NCBI GenBank assembly: GCA_019561615.1
Contig: JAHEQA010000021.1
Span: 1 to 10,400 of the forward strand
Length of the DNA: 10,400 bases
Source: Methanothermococcus sp. SCGC AD-155-E23
GTDB lineage: Archaea > AGJL01 > Methanococci > Methanococcales > Methanococcaceae
Reading direction: 5' to 3'
Below, piece after piece: positions 6,988 to 10,400 of this stretch. The notes beneath the pieces are model-generated. The model did no database searches. It worked only from the letters and a program-made list of their open reading frames with translations, and was not told the origin of the DNA. Position 1 is the stretch's first letter; every line of letters begins with the position of its first letter. A program made the translations under genes and the position numbers.

Positions 6988-7803
6988 TTATCCTAGGTGA
7001 GGATTCCTATCCACAGATATGTACAACTGTCCCTTGGGTTTTTTATTTACATAGTCCCCTGTAAACATGTGGTAAACCCCTTCTATTCTAACACCTTCCT
7101 CTTTCTTCTTTAACTTTATAACAGGGTTCTCAACTATACCCTCGTATTTAAAGGAGGGTAACACCTCAGGGACCCTGCCCTTTACAACTATGGCCCCCTT
7201 TATCATCTCGGCACCTAACCTTCCAAGGACATCTCCATCTATCTTGATAATTCCCCCCTTTGCATGGATACCTGTAAAGTATCCTACATTCCCCTTTATA
7301 TATATCATACCACCATGGATATGCTCCCCTATCTCATGACCGGCATTCCCCTCCACCACTATGAGACCTCCAGACATTCCCTTGTATCCCCCTCTATAGG
7401 CGGAACCTACGTAATCCCTTGCATTCCCCTTTATTATCAACTCCCCTCCCTTCATCCCCTGTCCAGCCCAGTTATCTACATTACCATTTACAACGATCCT
7501 ACCTCCCTTCATATCTGCACCTAGGTGCATACCAACATCTCCCTCAATTACAATCTCCCCTGTGGTCATACCCTCTCCAACTCTCTTTAACTTAAATGAG
7601 GAGTTCTTTATGGTCATCCTTGGTATATCACTCTCCTCTATCTCCACATCGAATAAGTCCCCTACCTTTACAGTTGTCCTTCCCTGTGGTATCTCTATGT
7701 CCTTGATCTCCTCTACATCCATACCCTCCATCTTCTCAGGTAGTAGGGCATCTAACTCCACAGGGATTATAATATCCTCCTTGAGCTTAAGTATAACCTC
7801 CAT
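6988..7803 (-). CDS. fwdC: Tungsten formylmethanofuran dehydrogenase subunit C
   Basis: GXGXG beta-helix repeats (G..M.GG.I...GN) and 'YVGSAYRG..GMSGG'. ATG 7803 follows a GGTGA RBS; GTG 7812 is the alternative start. Confidence 0.95.
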   Translation of the reverse strand: MEVILKLKEDIIIPVELDALLPEKMEGMDVEEIKDIEIPQGRTTVKVGDLFDVEIEESDIPRMTIKNSSFKLKRVGEGMTTGEIVIEGDVGMHLGADMKGGRIVVNGNVDNWAGQGMKGGELIIKGNARDYVGSAYRGGYKGMSGGLIVVEGNAGHEIGEHIHGGMIYIKGNVGYFTGIHAKGGIIKIDGDVLGRLGAEMIKGAIVVKGRVPEVLPSFKYEGIVENPVIKLKKKEEGVRIEGVYHMFTGDYVNKKPKGQLYISVDRNPHLG

Positions 7804-7830
7804 CTCTCTCACCCAATAAAAATTATAATA

Positions 7831-9534
7831 TTAACTGATCTGGGAGTTATCTATCTTGATAACCTTCCAGTTGTTTGCCAGATACTCTGGAACTTTGTAG
7901 TTCTCCATCTGAACTGTATAGTACTTCTTGAATACCTCCCTTAGATCCTTCATCAACTCCTTCTTCAGGGACTCATCTATCTTCACATCCACGTAGATGG
8001 TGTCACCAAATACCTCCTTAACTACCTCTCCATCTTTAACAACTATCTCTCCCTTTTTGAATGTGTACTTGGCGTATCTAAAGGCCCTCTCTATAACCTT
8101 TGGATCCTTCTCCTCAGGATTGATCTCATAGATGGCAATATCAGCTATAGCTCCAACTCCCAGATGCCCCCTCTCTAAACTAAGTCCCAGTACCTTTGCC
8201 TGATTTGCCCTGGTTATCTGTGCAATCTCGTACATGGTGTACTCCTTGTCGTTGTCTCCAACTGAGGATCTAGTCCTTGCCCACTTGTGAACTACCTCAT
8301 TTAGCCAGTAGTCCCTGTACTTCTTACTCATCAACCAGGCTATTATTCTGGAAAACCTTGTAAATGGTCCACCATTTGGATGATCTGTAGCCAGTATTAC
8401 CTTGCTAGGATCTGTATTCAGGAATATATCTAGACCAACTGCCCACTGTACAGAGTATACTGGTCCCTTTGGAGAGTAGTTAAAGGGCACAACCCCAGAA
8501 CCTGTCTCCAATTCAACGTCACAGTTTGCCCACTTGTTACCTGTGGACACGTGGAGGTCGTACTCCATAGGTCCATCTGCAGTCATGGTTGTTGTCTCAT
8601 CTAGGGTAATCTGACCTACGTCTACAACTACATGGTCAGATTTGTTGACGTACTCTGCAATCTCAACCCCTTTACTTTCAAAGTCCTTCCAGGATGTTCC
8701 ACCGTAGGAGTGGAATTGGACGTGGGCGTTGTAGTATACAGTCTCCCTCTCCCCGTACTTAGGTTTAGGTTCTATATCTTTAACACAGTCCATGGTTTCT
8801 ATAGTGGTCTTCCAGTTTCCAGGATGTCCTAGATCGTTGGGGTGGACGTGGATGGAGTGGGGCAATCCCAGTATCTCATTTACCTTACAGAGCCCCCTTA
8901 CTATCTCCCTCCCAGTTATGTTGAAGTAGGGTGTGGGATCGTCAAGACCGTGGACGTTTTTCCCCCATCCCCAGGCCTCAGTTCCACCTGGGTTAACTAT
9001 CTTTATGGCAAACCCCCTTGTAATCTTTAAAACCCAGGCTACATAGGCAGCACATAACTCATACTCCTTCTCCTTTAGATACCTCATAACCATCCAGTTG
9101 TTACCAAATAGTGTCAGTGCTGCCTTGTCTATCTGAGGAGTATCTACGAACTCGTCGTGAACATGCTTTGCCTTCAGTGGAGGCATGGCAGCCTCAATTG
9201 CTAGGGTGTATCCCATCTCACAGTACTGGTAACCTGTCTTGTATGTTGTGGGAACAGAGAATCCAGTACCTGGTTTCAAACCCCTCTTCAAGTAGACCTC
9301 TTTATAACTGTCCTCTGGTCTCATCATCCTTCCAGTATTTACCTTAGGTCCTGAGATATGGGTATGGGAGTCTATACCTCCAGCCATTACTACACATCCA
9401 CTGGCATCTATCACCTTGGCATCCTTGGAGACAGACTCTACAATTATCCCATCCTTTATACAGATGTCCATCTGCTCCCCATCTATCTTGTTGAGGGGAT
9501 CGAATACAATTCCATTCTTTATAATATATTCCAT
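7831..9534 (-). CDS. fwdA: Formylmethanofuran dehydrogenase subunit A (amidohydrolase fold)
   Basis: Metal-ligand motifs 'GGIDSHTH', 'AIKIVNPGG', 'SIHVHPNDLGHPGN', 'HVQFHSYGG', 'TDHPNGGPF'; 567 aa. Confidence 0.97.
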   Translation of the reverse strand: MEYIIKNGIVFDPLNKIDGEQMDICIKDGIIVESVSKDAKVIDASGCVVMAGGIDSHTHISGPKVNTGRMMRPEDSYKEVYLKRGLKPGTGFSVPTTYKTGYQYCEMGYTLAIEAAMPPLKAKHVHDEFVDTPQIDKAALTLFGNNWMVMRYLKEKEYELCAAYVAWVLKITRGFAIKIVNPGGTEAWGWGKNVHGLDDPTPYFNITGREIVRGLCKVNEILGLPHSIHVHPNDLGHPGNWKTTIETMDCVKDIEPKPKYGERETVYYNAHVQFHSYGGTSWKDFESKGVEIAEYVNKSDHVVVDVGQITLDETTTMTADGPMEYDLHVSTGNKWANCDVELETGSGVVPFNYSPKGPVYSVQWAVGLDIFLNTDPSKVILATDHPNGGPFTRFSRIIAWLMSKKYRDYWLNEVVHKWARTRSSVGDNDKEYTMYEIAQITRANQAKVLGLSLERGHLGVGAIADIAIYEINPEEKDPKVIERAFRYAKYTFKKGEIVVKDGEVVKEVFGDTIYVDVKIDESLKKELMKDLREVFKKYYTVQMENYKVPEYLANNWKVIKIDNSQIS

Positions 9535-9551
9535 TTAAATCACCTCAAGGA

Positions 9552-9944
9552 TTAATCCCTTTCTAGATACTTTTTCCTCATAAGTTCAGCCATTGAAAGT
9601 ACCTCCTCTCCCTCAGCCTTCTCTATCTCCACAGGCACCCCTTTAAAAGAGGGCATTCCAGTACTGTCAGTTTCAGGTGAAACCACTAAATTTGCCCAGG
9701 GGCCTAGAGGCATGAAAACCATACCTTCAGTCATAGGTTCACTTGCCTCCCTTGCATAGACTACAACATCCCCGTACTTAGATTTCACCCTTATCACATC
9801 CCCCTCCTTTACACCTAATTTCTCCATATCCTCCCTATTTAGATAGCAAACTGCTGCAGCCTTTCTATACATCTCAAGGTTTTTCCCCGCCTCAATAGCC
9901 TCTCCCTGCCAGATGGTCCTTGCTGTATTTAATAAGAACTTCAT
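9552..9944 (-). CDS. fwdD: Formylmethanofuran dehydrogenase subunit D (molybdopterin dinucleotide-binding)
   Basis: 'LNTARTIWQG', 'VFMPLGPWAN', 'TGMPSFKG'. ATG 9944 follows a GGTGA RBS; the ORF track starts at GTG 9953. Confidence 0.95.
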   Translation of the reverse strand: MKFLLNTARTIWQGEAIEAGKNLEMYRKAAAVCYLNREDMEKLGVKEGDVIRVKSKYGDVVVYAREASEPMTEGMVFMPLGPWANLVVSPETDSTGMPSFKGVPVEIEKAEGEEVLSMAELMRKKYLERD

Positions 9945-9954
9945 CACTATCACC

Positions 9955-10194
9955 CTATTCCACTATAAGTTTTATAGCCTCTACTGGACAGGCCTCTACA
10001 CATGCACCACATCCACCACAGAGGTCTCCGTTGATAATGGTGGCAACTCCATTTACAACTCTTATTACAACTTTGCTCTCATCCTCTGGACCCTTTCCTC
10101 CAAATACGTTGGGATCTCTGGCATTTACAGGGCATACTATAACACAGTTTCCACATCCATGACACTTCTCCTCATATACCACCAACTTATACAT
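9955..10194 (-). CDS. fwdG: Formylmethanofuran dehydrogenase subunit G (2x[4Fe-4S])
   Basis: 'CHGCGNCVIVCPVNA' and 'CGGCGACVEACP'; lies between fwdF and fwdD; AGGTGA RBS. Confidence 0.93.
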   Translation of the reverse strand: MYKLVVYEEKCHGCGNCVIVCPVNARDPNVFGGKGPEDESKVVIRVVNGVATIINGDLCGGCGACVEACPVEAIKLIVE

Positions 10195-10211
10195 GGGATC
10201 ACCTTAACTTC

Positions 10212-10400
10212 TTAATTTAACAACTTATCAAAGGCCTTCTTCCAGGCTATCATCTTGGTATCGTTTATATTCCCCCTCCTTCTCCTAACCTCCAGTGCAC
10301 CAACAGGACATGCCTTAGCACATGCCCCACAGAGTATACATATCTCCTGGTTTACCACCAACCTTGGAACCTTTTCCCCCGGCTCCTTTGGTTTTGGGAA
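10212..10400 (-). CDS. fwdF: 3' end of polyferredoxin FwdF with native-looking C-terminus; 5'-partial at the window edge
   Basis: Translation FPKPKEPGEKVPRLVVNQEICILCGACAKACPVGALEVRRRRGNINDTKMIAWKKAFDKLLN*; 17 bp upstream of fwdG in canonical order. Confidence 0.93.
   Translation of the reverse strand, partial: FPKPKEPGEKVPRLVVNQEICILCGACAKACPVGALEVRRRRGNINDTKMIAWKKAFDKLLN
10252..10400 (-). repeat. Right arm of the exact inverted repeat (mirrors 5433-5581; runs off the window)
   Basis: Position p pairs with 15833-p with no mismatch. Identity ends at 5581/10252 (..ACCAAGAT|TTTAAA vs ..ACCAAGAT|GATAGCC). Confidence 0.97.

Noticed and set aside
7150-7600. Repetitive Gly-rich pattern in fwdC, and Cys repeats in fwdF
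   Set aside because: Explained by the known beta-helix and polyferredoxin protein repeats; these are not DNA-level elements.
5582-10251. Composite transposon or IS-bounded element suggested by the inverted repeats
   Set aside because: The arms are fwdF coding sequence. No transposase, recombinase or target-site duplication is visible.
6988-10400. Selenocysteine recoding in fwd genes
   Set aside because: All fwd ORFs here are uninterrupted and end in TAA or TAG. No in-frame TGA needs recoding.

Overview
Archaeal window whose gene content points to a (probably thermophilic) Methanococcales methanogen. Left part: 3' end of a CBS-domain gene (likely site-2 protease), an MscS channel and purP on +, converging on tyrS plus an unannotated 57-aa His-patterned ORF on -. 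Next are a divergent AT-rich promoter region, an unannotated 56-aa tail-anchored membrane ORF, and fwdH-fwdF on +. Two GTTAG-N5-CTAAC palindromes lie upstream of fwdH. At 5581/5582 fwdF breaks off into a headless ORF fragment and an ArsP/DUF318 permease. The tungsten formylmethanofuran dehydrogenase genes fwdF-G-D-A-C then appear on the - strand. The last 149 bp of the window (10252-10400) are an exact reverse complement of 5433-5581. The window is therefore an inverted duplication (fold-back) around a 4.67-kb unique spacer. The simplest explanation is an amplification or assembly chimera; a real inverted duplication or invertible segment is the alternative.
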